NCBI GenBank assembly: GCA_964016885.1
Contig: OZ024743.1
Location: forward strand, 62,124,001 to 62,188,000
DNA length: 64,000 nt
DNA from: Eledone cirrhosa
Lineage: Eukaryota
Direction: 5' to 3'
Positions within the stretch are counted from its first letter, which is position 1, and each line of letters opens with the position of its first letter. The notes beneath the pieces were generated by a model that did not search any database, was not told the origin of the DNA, and worked only from the letters and a program-made list of their open reading frames with translations. The translations under genes were made by a program, and so were the position numbers. This document shows, in pieces, positions 1 to 15,361 of the stretch.

Positions 1-244
1 TAGAGAGAAATACATCTAGACACTATTAAAAGCCACAAAGTAAATGTAGTAACTTGTGGGCATCCTTTAGGGAAAAAGTTGTACTACTGATAGACTTTGA
101 TTGCCAAACAGTTGCAGTATATTTTCCTGTTGTGAAACGTTAAGCAAATGAGGTTGTTGACCTGACCTTGAATATGTGATTCGTCTTCTTTTATTCTCTT
201 CTATAAGCCAATATAAGAACAATATTTTAAAGAATTGTTCTCAA

Positions 245-616
<372 letters not shown>

Positions 617-682
617 TCACTGGACCTTCCCAAACATGCAAGCGCTTGCCTGCAGCATTTCAACTCACTCACATAATTGTGT

Positions 683-775
683 AAACATCTGATGATGTCA
701 CACCAGTGCAGGTTGCTGTTGTAATGATTGCATAAAAGCTCCACACTGGTGTCACTGAAATACGTATGATAAAAT
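683..775 (+). ncRNA. Degenerate hammerhead-like motif with long stem II insertion
   Basis: CTGATGA 689-695; stem II acaccagtg/cactggtgt; GAAA 757-760; palindromic ATACGTAT. Position 17 is G and stem I is poor. Confidence 0.4.
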
Positions 776-1384
776 GAATACAATTATGTAACATCCGTCT
801 TAACGTTTATTTCATATATATTATCCCCATAAATTTTACGTGCCTTATCAAAACCGCAAAGAAATTGACACCAAGCCAGTGTACAACAGGAACTCAAAAA
901 AATACCAACCATACGTTTAAACATGACCTTATCTTCCATATACATACCACGTTAGACATAAAGGGAATAAAAAAAACACTAATCACGTACTTTACAATTA
1001 TACCCCAAAACACCCACACCCACGCATAAAAATAACGAAACATACTAATTACTTGTACGGAGGCGACGAACGTCATCAAGCTGCAGCCATCATATTACGT
1101 CATTATGTAATCAGTATACTTCCCGCCCAGAGGTATAGCCTATCATTCCCATTGGTGTTCCAAAAGGAATCTGAATATTTATCTTATATGTGTTAGGGAT
1201 TCCCAAATTGTCGACCTCAACATACCGGTGAGCCGAGATGGAGCAAGATCCTATTTCAAAATGAGACAAATAAAATTTGAAATTCATTGATATATATAGC
1301 AAAGTGGGAGACAACTAAACTAAGAATGAAAACATTGTTTCTCATTGATATCATAACTCTTCACCATATATTGACTAATATATT

Positions 1385-1835
1385 GACTATCGAAAGAAGA
1401 CGATCACGAATGAAAGCGTGAAAGCGACTGAAATAGGTTTTCTCCAAAGGGTCTTTGGAGTAACATTATTCGATAAAGTGCGTAGCTCGGAGATCAGAGA
1501 GTCACTCCGCGTAGAGCCGCTACTTCTCTGAATTGAGAAATAAAAGTTCCGATACTATGGACATGTGGTTAGAATGTCTCAGAAAAGAATCACTGGACAG
1601 ATTTTACGGGCAAAACCAAATGGGAAGGAGTCCCAGAGGTAGTTCCCGAGCAAGATAGTTAGATAACATCCATGATTTCGGCGTGGCCCACCTGAGGATC
1701 CAGTGGGATCAGTTGGAGACGATTGCTTCTGGCAGGACACCCTGGAAGGAGTGTTTGGGGACTCTATTCCCATGACCCTCTCAAGAAGAAGAAGAAGAAG
1801 AAGAAGAAGAAGAAGAAGAAGAAGAAGAAGAAGAA
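1385..1835 (+). mobile_element. 3' end of RTE-clade (Rex3/Expander-like) LINE with (AAG)n tail, decayed
   Basis: Translates, with stops and frameshifts, to ...FGVTLFDKVRSSEIRESLRVEPLLL*IEK..RYYGHVVRMSQKRITGQILRAKP, matching the RTE C-terminus, then an (aag)n tail. Confidence 0.85.
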
Positions 1836-2590
1836 ATAATTTCTTATTATACCACTTTTGAATAAATTTTCGAATGTAGGTATGTTGTGCGACAATATTT
1901 TCATTTGTTCTAAAATTAAAAAAAAATAATTTTGTGAATCACTGGTATATACATAGATAGGTTTGCGTACCTACATTTGTATATATGTACGTTTATAATA
2001 TGTATATATACTCACAAGTATGCATGTGTGCATGCATGCATATCATTGCACGTATGGATATGTATCTTTTGACCTACATTCATATGCCTACACCTCTATA
2101 TATTTATTAGATTCTACACTTATGGAATGTTTTACATATTTTCACAGTTCCATTAATGGATTATAATTGTAGTTATCCTCTCTTTCCGTTTCTTCTTTCT
2201 TCATTGCTTTGCATATTTTCTATAATGTATCCGCTATCATTTTTTCCTTCTCTTGTCTCTCTTTCTCTCTATTCCCCACTCTCTCCCCTTCGTCTTCTCT
2301 CTACCCCTTCCTCTTTTCTATCTCTCCCTCTTCCTCTTTCCCCTTCTCTCTCTCTCTCTCTCTCACTCTCCTCTCTTTCTCTAACTTTTTCATCATCTCT
2401 GCACCCTTTATCTTTCACTCTACTTTTAGTCTCACTCATCCTCTCATTCTCTCCCCCTAGATCAACTTATCCCTCTCTTTCTCCTCTATATACTCCTCGT
2501 GGCTGGTATTTTACTGGAATTAAACTTGAAATATAACAGGAAATGCTCTTTAATTACACAGAGAAAATTAAAGTTAGTTAAGCTGTCTAA

Positions 2591-5500
2591 ACCAGCAACA
2601 ACAGTAACAATAACAACAATAATATCAGCACTAGCAGTAATAAGAGCAACAGCAATAACACTGACGGCAGTAACAACAACAACAATACCACCAGCAATAG
2701 CAGTAACAGCAACAACAACAACAACAACAACAATACCACACCAGCAACAGCAATAATAGCAGTAACAACACCAACAACAACTATAACAGTAACAACAGCA
2801 CTAATAACTACAATACTAGCAATAACAACAACAACAACAACAACTATACTAGTAACAACAGCACTAATAACTACAATACTAGCAACAACAACAACACCAA
2901 CAACAACTATAACAGTAACAACAGCACTAATAACTACAATACTAGCAACAACAACAACACCAACAACAACTATACCAGTAACAACAGCACTAACACCTAC
3001 AATACTAGCAATAACAACAACACCAACAACAACTATAACAGTAACAACAGCACTAATAACTACAATACTAGCAATAACAACAACACCAACAACAACTATA
3101 CCAGTAACAACAGCACTAACACCTACAATACTAGCAATAACAACAACACCAACAACAACTATAACAGTAACAACAGCACTAATAACTACAATACTAGCAA
3201 CAACAACAACACCAACAACAACTATACCAGTAACAACAGCACTAACACCTACAATACTAGCAATAACAACAACACCAACAACAACTATAACAGTAACAAC
3301 AGCACTAATAACTACAATACTAGCAACAACAACAACACCAACAACAACTATACCAGTAACAACAGCACTAACACCTACAATACTAGCAATAACAACAACA
3401 CCAACAACAACTATAACAGTAACAACAGCACTAATAACTACAATACTAGCAATAACAACAACACCAACAACAACTATACCAGTAACAACAGCACTAATAA
3501 CTACAATACTAGCAACAACAACAACACCAACAACAACTATACCTGTAACAACAGCACTAATAACTACAATACTAGCAACAACAACAACACCAACAACAAC
3601 TATAACAGTAACAACAGCACTAATAACTACAATACTAGCAATAACAACAACACCAACAACAACTATAACAGTAACAACAGCACTAATAACTACAATACTA
3701 GCAATAACAACAACACCAACAACAACTATACCAGTAACAACAGCACTAATAACTACAATACTAGCAACAACAACAACAACAACAACAACAACTATACCAG
3801 TAACAACAGCACTAATAACTACAATACTAGCAACAACAACAACACCAACAACAACTATACCAGTAACAACAGCACTAACAACTACAATACTAGCAACAAC
3901 AACAACACCAACAACAACTATACCAGTAACAACAGCACTAACACCTACAATACTAGCAACAACAACAACACCAACAACAACTATACCAGTAACAACAGCA
4001 CTAACAACTACAATACTAGCAACAACAACAACACCAACAACAACTATACCAGTAACAACAGCACTAACACCTACAATACTAGCAACAACAACAACACCAA
4101 CAACAACTATACCAGTAACAACAGCACTAACACCTACAATACTAGCAACAACAACAACACCAACAACAACTATACCAGTAACAACAGCACTAACAACTAC
4201 AATACTAGCAACAACAACAACACCAACAACAACTATACCAGTAACAACAGCACTAACAACTACAATACTAGCAACAACAACAACACCAACAACAACTATA
4301 CCAGTAACAACCGCACTAACAACTACAATACTAGCAACAACAACAACACCAACAACAACTATACCAGTAACAACAGCACTAACACCTACAATACTAGCAA
4401 CAACAACAACACCAACAACAACTATACCAGTAACAACAGCACTAACAACTACAATACTAGCAACAACAACAACACCAACAACAACTATAACAGTAACAAC
4501 AGCACTAACAACTACAATACTAGCAACAACAACAACACCAACAACAACTATACCAGTAACAACAGCACTAACACCTACAATACTAGCAACAACAACAACA
4601 CCAACAACAACTATACCAGTAACAACAGCACTAATAACTACAATACTAGCAACAACAACAACACCAACAACAACTATACCAGTAACAACAGCACTAATAA
4701 CTACAATACTAGCAACAACAACAACACCAACAACAACTATACCAGTAACAACAGCACTAATAACTACAATACTAGCAACAACAACAACACCAACAACAAC
4801 TATACCAGTAACAACAGCACTAATTACTACAATACTAGCAACAACAACAACAACAACAACAACAACTATACCAGTAACAACAGCACTAATAACTACAATA
4901 CTAGCAACAACAACAACACCAACAACAACTATACCAGTAACAACAGCACTAATAACTACAATACTAGCAACAACAACAACAACAACAACAACAACTATAC
5001 CAGTAACAACAGCACTAACACCTACAATACTAGCAATAACAACAACACCAACAACAACTATACCAGTAACAACAGCACTAATTACTACAATACTAGCAAC
5101 AACAACAACAACAACAACTATACCAGTAACAACAGCACTAATAACTACAATACTAGCAACAACAACAACAACAACAACAACTATACCAGTAACAACAGCA
5201 CTAATAACTACAATACTAGCAACAACAACAACAACAACAACTATACCAGTAACAACAGCACTAATAACTACAATACTAGCAACAACAACAACAACAACAA
5301 CTATACCAGTAACAACAGCACTAACACCTACAATACTAGCAATAACAACAACACCAACAACAACTATACCAGTAACAACAGCACTAATAACTACAATACT
5401 AGCAACAACAACAACAACAACAACTATACCAGTAACAACAGCACTAATAACTACAATACTAGCAACAACAACAACAACAACAACAACTATACCAGTAACA

Positions 5501-5940
5501 ACAGCACTAATAACTACAATACTAGCAACAACAACAACAACTATACCAGTAACAACAGCACTAATAACTACAATACTAGCAACAACAACAACAACTATAC
5601 CAGTAACAACAGCACTAATAACTACAATACTAGCAACAACAACAACAACAACAACAACTATACCAGTAACAACAGCACTAATAACTACAATACTAGCAAC
5701 AACAACAACAACAACAACAACTATACCAGTAACAACAGCACTAATAACTACAATACTAGCAACAACAACAACAACAACAACAACAACTATACCAGTAACA
5801 ACAGCACTAATAACTACAATACTAGCAACAACAACAACAACTATACCAGTAACAACAGCACTAATAACTACAATACTAGCAACAACAACAACAACTATAC
5901 CAGTAACAACAGCACTAACAACAGCAACAACAACTATGCC
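2591..5940. repeat. About 3.3 kb minisatellite with a 63-bp unit derived from (AAC)n
   Basis: Unit ccaacaacaactata(c/a)cagtaacaacagcactaa(t/c)a(a/c)ctacaatactagcaacaacaacaaca, about 50 copies; length variants differ by multiples of 3. Confidence 0.95.
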
Positions 5941-5974
5941 AATAAAGGCAATATTAGCAAAAACGCTATATTGG

Positions 5975-6322
5975 ATTTACGTCGGTTCTAACGACGAGTG
6001 TTCCAGTTGTTTGACTAGCGGACCAGTCTGTACATATATATGGGGCTAAGTTAGCTCCAGACACGTAGCCCCTTAACTTATTCTTATGGAGATTCAGTGT
6101 ATCACTGTGTGTGACAAGGTTGATCCTTTGACTTATATGTATAAGTCATTTTTACCAGCCGAATGAAATAAAACTGAATCAAATTTGAAATAAAGGATCT
6201 TGCTCAAGGACACAACACGCCTCCACCCCACCCCACGCCACCCCCTCCATCTACACAGACACATACCAGAAATGAAACACACGACCTTATGATCGTAAGG
6301 CCAGCATCTTAATCATTAAGTC
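5975..6322 (-). mobile_element. tRNA-derived CORE-like SINE
   Basis: The reverse strand has gtgttgtgtccttgagcaaga and a body shared with copies at 38.2k, 41.9k, 46.9k and 53.4k. Confidence 0.7.
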
Positions 6323-6599
6323 ACATGGCAACAACATCGGCAACAACATTATTATCAACAACAATACCAACACCACCAATAACTGCATCAACAGCAAAAT
6401 CAACAGCCACAGCAATAACAACAACAACAACAGCCACAGCAACAACAACAATATTAACAACAACAACAATCGCACCAAATGATATAACAAGAACAATACC
6501 TGTATGCTGATGAAGTTTTCTCTCTTTTTCTATCCCTCCTTTGCTCTCTCTCCCTCTTTCCCTCTCTCCCTTTCTCTGTGTTTCTCTCTCTCTCTCTCT

Positions 6600-6740
6600 C
6601 TCTGACCCACATTCTACCAGCTCTGGTGTGCCCCCCGGGGTTCGGGTTTGCTCCCCCACACTCTTCTTCCTATACATTAACGGAGCTATTTGATGTCGCC
6701 CCCAGCAACACTCACTCCTACGTAGATGTTCTCACCCAAC
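6600..6740 (+). mobile_element. CR1/L2/Jockey-group reverse transcriptase fragment
   Basis: Frameshifted SGVP..G...SPTLFFLYIN..LFDVAPSNTHSYVD resembles the GVPQGSVLSPTLFLLYINDL...YADD RT motifs. Confidence 0.7.
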
Positions 6741-7775
6741 CACACCCACGAACCTTCATGAAACATAAACACTTCAAGCTGAGGCTTCTTTGCCTCCATT
6801 AACATGGAGCTCTAAAACCTCTTGCAATTCCGCCATGTCTGTCTTGTTTCCTTCAAGAGTAAAAAAAGCACGGTCACCATACCAAATGTATTGTTTACGA
6901 GTTTAGAATCTGATGGTCTTATCTACTAGATGTTTTGTTTATCGTTGGCTTTGTTTTGTTTTGTTTTTAGTGTATTTTTATATATAGAGCGTTCGATGCT
7001 TGCTTTGTATTTGTTCTGAGTGTCAGTCCGATGTAAAACCTGCGACTTCGTTTGCATTCAATGATGTAGATAAGTTTTACTTTTGGGGCAAATACATTCA
7101 GAGAGTGGGATTGGCTCCTTGCAATGCCTTTCCTCACTTAAAATAAGCTTCAATCTCAGGCATCGTTTGATGTCTAACATCTTAAGTATCAAACGATAAT
7201 ATTATTCGGAATCGAGTTGCAGCCATTATGCATGTATGTATGTATGTGTGTATGTACGTACGTATGTACGTATGCTTGCATGCATGCATGTATGTATGTA
7301 TGTGCGTGCTTCAGATATATATTTTTTTAAGTTCTCACCAATATAAAAAGCCGATTTCTATCTCTGAATCTAGGCCCTATCGTCGGAATTTAGAAAGCAT
7401 CCACTGGATAAGAATGTATGTCTGCAAGTGTGTATATGTGCAAGTATGCATGTATAGATATAGATATATTGAATTATATGTGTAGATCTACATATTTCTA
7501 TATCTATATATGTGTTATTGGATGTTAAACTTCTGGAATGTTTTACATATTTTCACAGTTCCTTTAATGAACTGTACTTGTATTTACCTAATTAGCCATG
7601 CTTTTTCTTGTTCTGTATGTATATGCATGAATGAATAAATGTGGGTGTGTGAGTGTATGTGCATGTATATGTGAGTTTGTATATATATATATGTATGTGT
7701 GTGTGAGTGTTTCAATAAGTGTGGTGGTGTGTGGCGAACCGATAGTTAATTTGCAGACTTTCACTGTTTGTTTAT

Positions 7776-7829
<54 letters not shown>

Positions 7830-7833
<4 letters not shown>

Positions 7834-7907
7834 GTGTCCCAAAAAATGTATGCATACGTTTATTATAATGCTGTTGAAGTGTGTATACATTTTGGGGGGA
7901 CACCCTC
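7830..7907. mobile_element. About 77-bp Tc1/mariner-type MITE (copy 1)
   Basis: TIRs agggtgtcccaaaaaatgtat / atacattttggggggacaccct; homologous to 31170-31244 and 32244-32320. Confidence 0.8.
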
Positions 7908-8129
7908 AATATATTCTTTTTTTCTCAAAACCATTTCTTCCGTTCCTTTCTCTTCTCAATCTCTATCTTTCTATTTCATCTTTATTTATTGTTGGTATAA
8001 CTATAAATTGGTTGAACATACAGAAAAAGAAAGCAGTATTGGAAAGGACGATAAATGCCAAAACTGAGAGGAAAAGAAGAGGAAGAGTAAGGGCTACTAG
8101 ACAAACGAAGGAAGAAAGGGGAGAAGTTG

Positions 8130-9265
8130 GCATACTCTACACCTAGGTCAGGGCGGTGTTTTGGCTGCGCTCCGCGGACAAAATGGCAAAGGCATTTCCG
8201 CGGACAATGGCCAGCGATGTTCGCTGCAACAGCCACCCCATTTCGCAAAGCTCCTTCCTCAGACGGGATGCTATCGATCCGATTTTACGGAGAATGTCAG
8301 CTGTCTGGGGTCCGAGGACGCCTGAGGTCTCGATGACGACCGGTACAAAGAGGAAGCGGTCGAACAAGCTCCGGTATCTGCTTGTCTTCTCGTCCTTTCC
8401 ATTGCAAGTCGCGGTACCGGGGTTTATGGCCGAGGCGACTAAGTTGGCAGTGGAGAACGTGTCACAGCATGTCGCTTCCCAGATGAGGGATTTACCTCCT
8501 TCGAAAGGGAAGAGAGTAATTCCGTTGGGGTGCTTGCCGTCACCATGGTGATGGTATACTGACTCCAGCTGTCGAGAAAACAGACCTGCTCTCTGATTGT
8601 ATGATAATGGATGCAAGCCAAATTCATCGACAACAGCTCCACAACGGCATTTATGTGGCTCACACTCTCCGAGGCTGAGGCGTTGGGCCACTCCGATGTA
8701 TCATCAAGAAGAGTACCGGTGGGTGAAGAGGGCACTGAATTGAGCCATGCGCTGCTGTTTGGCTGCGAGGCAGAACAGAGGCAGTCCAGGCACGTTCGTC
8801 CAAACAAGACACGATCCGCCTGAAGGCAGACCTGCACTTGATGTCGTCACAGTTACGTCGAACATTTGTATACTGGGGGACAAGGAGGCCTTCGTTGATC
8901 GAGTTGGCCAGAGCCTACTCCAGTTCTTGGGTCACATCCGGTTCTGCTATCTTGTTGAGGACCCCGCTGATGAGGGTGTGACTGGAGGAGATTGAAGAGA
9001 GGTAGGTCGGTAGTGCCAGATCTGATGCGGATCGGCGGCCGAGGCCACTGACCCTCACAGGGAATTCCCTTGTGGCCTGCTGGTCCTGTCGAAACTAACT
9101 TTGCAGATGAGTTCCGTACAGCGTCAGAGGGTGTCATAGAATTGACCGAGGCGATCTTCGAGAGGGTGACATGGTGCCCCGCGCAACGTGAACAAGAATT
9201 TAGTAAGGGTAAAGCAGTTCCTCGGAAGGAAGAGCGTCGGGTGTCCGTCAATAAAGCGATAACAA
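8130..9265 (-). mobile_element. CRE-like non-LTR retrotransposon 3' region (RT end, Zn knuckle, restriction-like endonuclease), decayed
   Basis: PVRVSGLG, then CEPHKCRCG...GLHPLS, DGKHPNGITLFPFEGGKSLIWEATCCDT, FVPVVIETSGVLG and WLLQRTSLAIVRGNA, the typical RLE-bearing C-terminus. Frameshifted. Confidence 0.85.
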
Positions 9266-9346
9266 TAAGCCCAACTACTACCACCATCACCATCACAACC
9301 ACCATCTTAACTACTACTACTACTACTTAGAACATATGATCGGCAA

Positions 9347-9690
9347 GATAATTGTTTCTAACATAGGCTCTATGCCCCTAATTTAGGGAAGGAGGGGTTA
9401 GTAGATTTAATCGCCACCAATAGATGGCTGGTACATAATTTTATGGAACCTGGTAGGCTGAAAAGCTAAATGAACCTGCAAGTAATTTGAATTCAGATTT
9501 CCAAGAACTGGAATAATAGACAAAATAATTGTTTCTGTTTTAGGCACAGGACAAACGGTTTGTGGGAAGGGGAAAGTCGATTAAATCGACCCCAGTGCAT
9601 TACTGGTACTTTATTTTATCGACGCCGTAAAGATGAAATGCAAGGTTAACCTTTGAACTCAGAATGTAAAGGGCCAATACTCAATGTAAC
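9347..9690 (-). mobile_element. Two tandem copies of SINE family A
   Basis: gtcgattaaatcgac hairpin and actggtactttattttatcgac core. Confidence 0.75.
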
Positions 9691-9764
9691 AAAGCATATA
9701 TTATTTTTATTATAAGAATAGATTAAAGTTTAAGCAAAGAATCGCTGCTTTCACCCTTAACGAT

Positions 9765-10520
9765 GAGAATGTATGTTTATGTGTGTATCAATGTATGCCT
9801 ATGCACGTATATGCAAAGATGTACATAAAAATGTATAAATATATACTTGTATGTGTACATATGCAAATAAGCATGTCTGTGTACAAGTAAGCTTGTATGT
9901 GCGCATATGTACGTATATATGTGTCTATAAATATATGCATGTGTGTATATATATGCAAATAAGCATGTGTATATAAATGTATATTTCTATGTGAGTATAT
10001 GTATTATATGTGTGTATAAATGTATACTTGTATGTATGTATATGTATAAGTGTATGCTTCTATGTGCGCATATGTACATATGTGTATGTATGTATGTGCG
10101 TATAAATATATGCCTGTATGGACTTACATGTATGAATATGTGTCTGTGTATGTATGCATTGGTGTATGCATACGTACGATTGTGTATGTATGTATGTGGG
10201 TATAAATATATGCTTGTATGAACGTACTTGAAAAATGTATGTGCATATGTATGCCTGTATGTGCGCGTACGTATGTATGTATATTCGTGTGTGTATGTGC
10301 GTATAAATATATACTTGTATGGACGTACATGAAGGAATGTATGTGGGTGTGCCTGTATGTGTGCATACGTACGTATGTGTGTATAAATATATGGACGTAC
10401 ATGTTAGTATGAGTATATGTGTGTGTGCGTATGCCTGTATGTCTGTAAGTGTATTCTCTATGTGCGCATATGAACGTATGTGTATGTATGCGTGTGTGTG
10501 AATATCCGTATATCGTATAT
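9765..10520. repeat. Degenerate (TG/TA)n low-complexity tract
   Basis: tgtatg/tgtgca-like repeats. Confidence 0.85.
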
Positions 10521-11773
10521 GTAAACGAGGCTGTAGCCACTATTACTACCACATGTGAGAGAGCCAAGCAGTCCTCTACTTATGTTGTGTTCGGTGTAGT
10601 AAGCACAACAGATCGTCCGTCATTCAGTAAGTTATTAGGATTAACCATGTCACCCACCACCAGTCCCATCTACCATTGAAAAGTCTTCCTTCCTTTTCTT
10701 ACTCACTGAATACCTCTTACTATCATCAAGCGACATTATAGTGGATCGGACATTCCGCAATATTTACAATTTTTACACAAACAGACGACTTCTCTCATTT
10801 GTTATATTTAACTCATTAACTTTTCCCATTGAATTTGGAACTTTATTTTAATTGAGGAAAGCCGAGGTATTCGAGAAGAAAGTGAACTACCACTTTGATT
10901 TAAAAAGAATAGAAGCGAAAGACAATACAAGCCAAGTCGACAAGAGGTGAGACAATACTATATAAGTGGAGGGCTATAGGAGGTGACACGAGTGAACGAA
11001 CACACCCTCACACAAGGTTCATTAAAACTTTCTTTAAAAGACAATACAACGAAACAAGAGGAAAACAAACAAAATAGGAAATCTTAGATGTATATATAAT
11101 AACAATAAATATATATATACGTGCAATTACACACACACACACACATATATATATATCTATTTATATATTTTATATTCAGTGTCCACATTGGACGAGCGTA
11201 AAACCTGGTTTGTCTTATCAGTAGTGGAGTACTCTCATTAGTATCATCATCATTACCGGAGCACTCTAACTAATCTTTACCTATCAACAGAAACGAAAGA
11301 AAAACACACCGAAGAGTAAAGATATTTGTTTTTTACGTTCACTGTATTCCCCCATCACCACAGAAAGACAAGAAAGACAGAGGAGGAAGAAAGAAAGAAG
11401 GAAAGAGAGAAAGAGTAGAAGTAGTGTGTGCTTTGGAAAAAGATTAGGAAGAACGAGAAATAGACGAGGTGAAAGCAAGAAGGGAAGAGGAAACTTTAAC
11501 GAAAAAGAGAGAGAAATACTATAGAGGGTGGGGGAAAGAAGCAGTGAAGTAAATGTGTATGTATGTGTAACTTAATTTATAGTTCCCTTCTTTCTCTATT
11601 TGCGTGTGAGTGTACAGTGAGCTGCTAGCCGTGTGTGTATATCTATCAGCTCTCCTTTTACACCCATCAAGTACTGTTTATATGTGCATGCTATAGTATC
11701 TGTGTGCAGGTCTGTGTATGTGTGAGTTGTACGGTGTGGTTGTGCCGTATGTCGTGAGCTCGGTTTACTCAGG

Positions 11774-11934
11774 ATGCGCAAACAAGCCGGCAGTGGACTG
11801 GTGGCGTTTACCTGCCGTCAATACAAACTCACGGCAATGATTCTATGGTCAATAATTTACCTTTTCTTCGGAGTACATGCTCAAGAACAGCGAACTACAC
11901 AACAATCACGGGATACACATTTGGCGGCCGGCAT
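11774..11934 (+). CDS. Probable first coding exon of a secreted or membrane protein (signal peptide)
   Basis: ATG 11774 (in-frame ATG 11837) gives MRKQAGSGLVAFTCRQYKLTAMILWSIIYLFFGVHA|QEQRTTQQSRDTHLAAG, with a hydrophobic core and a V-H-A cleavage motif. It ends at a consensus donor AT|GTAAGT (phase 2) and is non-repetitive, with higher GC than its flanks. Confidence 0.7.
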
Positions 11935-12163
11935 GTAAGTCCATTATTTATTATATACATATATATTATGTATTGTTGAAAACTTTCCAGTTTCAATTCC
12001 TTTCTTAGAATATTATCATATCTTTCAATAAGGCCTCTAACACGACTCATAAATATGAGACTGTAGGGACCTTAATACATGATATCAGAAGATTCTAATA
12101 AAGAAATAGAAACTGAAAAGTTAGTCATGCCTTCAACAACACGTATAAAAGAAGAGCTGTTCC

Positions 12164-12211
<48 letters not shown>

Positions 12212-12490
12212 ATAGTAATAGGGGGTGAGGATTAAGCTTGCATGAGTGAGGCTTTTGGCTGGAATCTGCATTTACGTATAGTGTATTATTTATGGTAACA
12301 AAACAATTAAATTAGGGGCCTGTTAAGTACTGTGGAGCCCTTGGCTACAGTACAGTCAGCATCAACACTCCCTAAATCCTCCAATGCATTGTTATATACA
12401 TGATCATTTGATTTTATTACGGCTAAATAGTGAGCCTCGTTACTCTGGAGTATCGCCTGTTTATCACAGGTCATCGTCTGATGACCACAT

Positions 12491-12548
<58 letters not shown>

Positions 12549-12550
<2 letters not shown>

Positions 12551-12746
12551 CGAAGGAATTGTGGTAAGGAACCAGATGGACCATAACGCACCAGCGTACT
12601 CAAGACTTAGGGTAATAGGAAGAGGTATGACCCCCGACGGCAGAGCTCAAGCCGTTTCGAATGCTATTTCTGCCGCCGGGGTCATACCTCTTCCTATTAC
12701 CCACTCTACTACCCTAAGTATTGAGTACTCTGGTGCGTTATGGTCC
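12549..12746. mobile_element. (TA)n-embedded fold-back element, family P1 copy 1 (Penelope-like terminus)
   Basis: Inverted arms about 12579-12643 and 12669-12746; homologous to four other copies. Confidence 0.8.
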
Positions 12747-12789
<43 letters not shown>

Positions 12790-13274
12790 TTACCTGGTCG
12801 TGTCTGTCAACTTGTTTAGCATCCACAGGGTCACTTTTATGTCACTGAGGAATACACATACATATGTATGCCCGATTATGTATATATAATGTCCGTTTCG
12901 CTCGCATATATATGCACACCACATTCACACATGTGTGTGTATATGCGTGTGTTTGCTCATAAATACATATACAGTTTGTATATTTATAAATACACACATA
13001 CAAATCGCCCTCTCTTTATCTCCAAGCATTCATTGAAATGTATACAGACACACACGCACGTCTGTTACATATAATCAACAGTTGATATGTTCACAATGCT
13101 TTCTTTATAAATGTTATAGATAATTAACGATAAGACGTTTGGTTGTTCAAGTTGGTCATCGTCTTACGTTTGTGTTGTTGTGCTTATGACTTTGTTTGTT
13201 TCTGATAAACTTTTGAATTTCTTTCCCGGGAAACCTGAAATATGTCAACACTTGTTGATGAAAGATTATTTACA

Positions 13275-15056
<1,782 letters not shown>

Positions 15057-15263
15057 AGGAACGAGTAGGACCCCGACGGCTGAGCTCAAGCCGTTTCGAC
15101 GGCTAATTCTGGACTCATTCTGGGTCCAGAATTAGCCGTCGAAACGGCTTGAGCTCAGCTGTCGGGGTCCCACTCGTTCTTATTACCCACTCTACTACCT
15201 ACCCTATGTATTGAGTACTTTGGTGCGTTATGGTCCATCTGGTTCCCTACCACATTTCCTTGG

Positions 15264-15265
<2 letters not shown>
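15057..15265. mobile_element. Fold-back element family P1 copy 2
   Basis: Arms 15057-15115 and about 15124-15180; flanked by (TA)n on both sides. Confidence 0.8.

Positions 15266-15361
<96 letters not shown>

Noticed and set aside
6505-6520. Isolated CTGATGA heptamers (also about 8968, 12478, 50412 and 61920)
   Set aside because: They lack a paired stem II, GAAA and stem I context, and are expected by chance.
8143-8691. 182-aa ORF as a host nuclease gene
   Set aside because: It is part of a frameshifted retrotransposon with altered catalytic-region residues (HPNG instead of RPDG).
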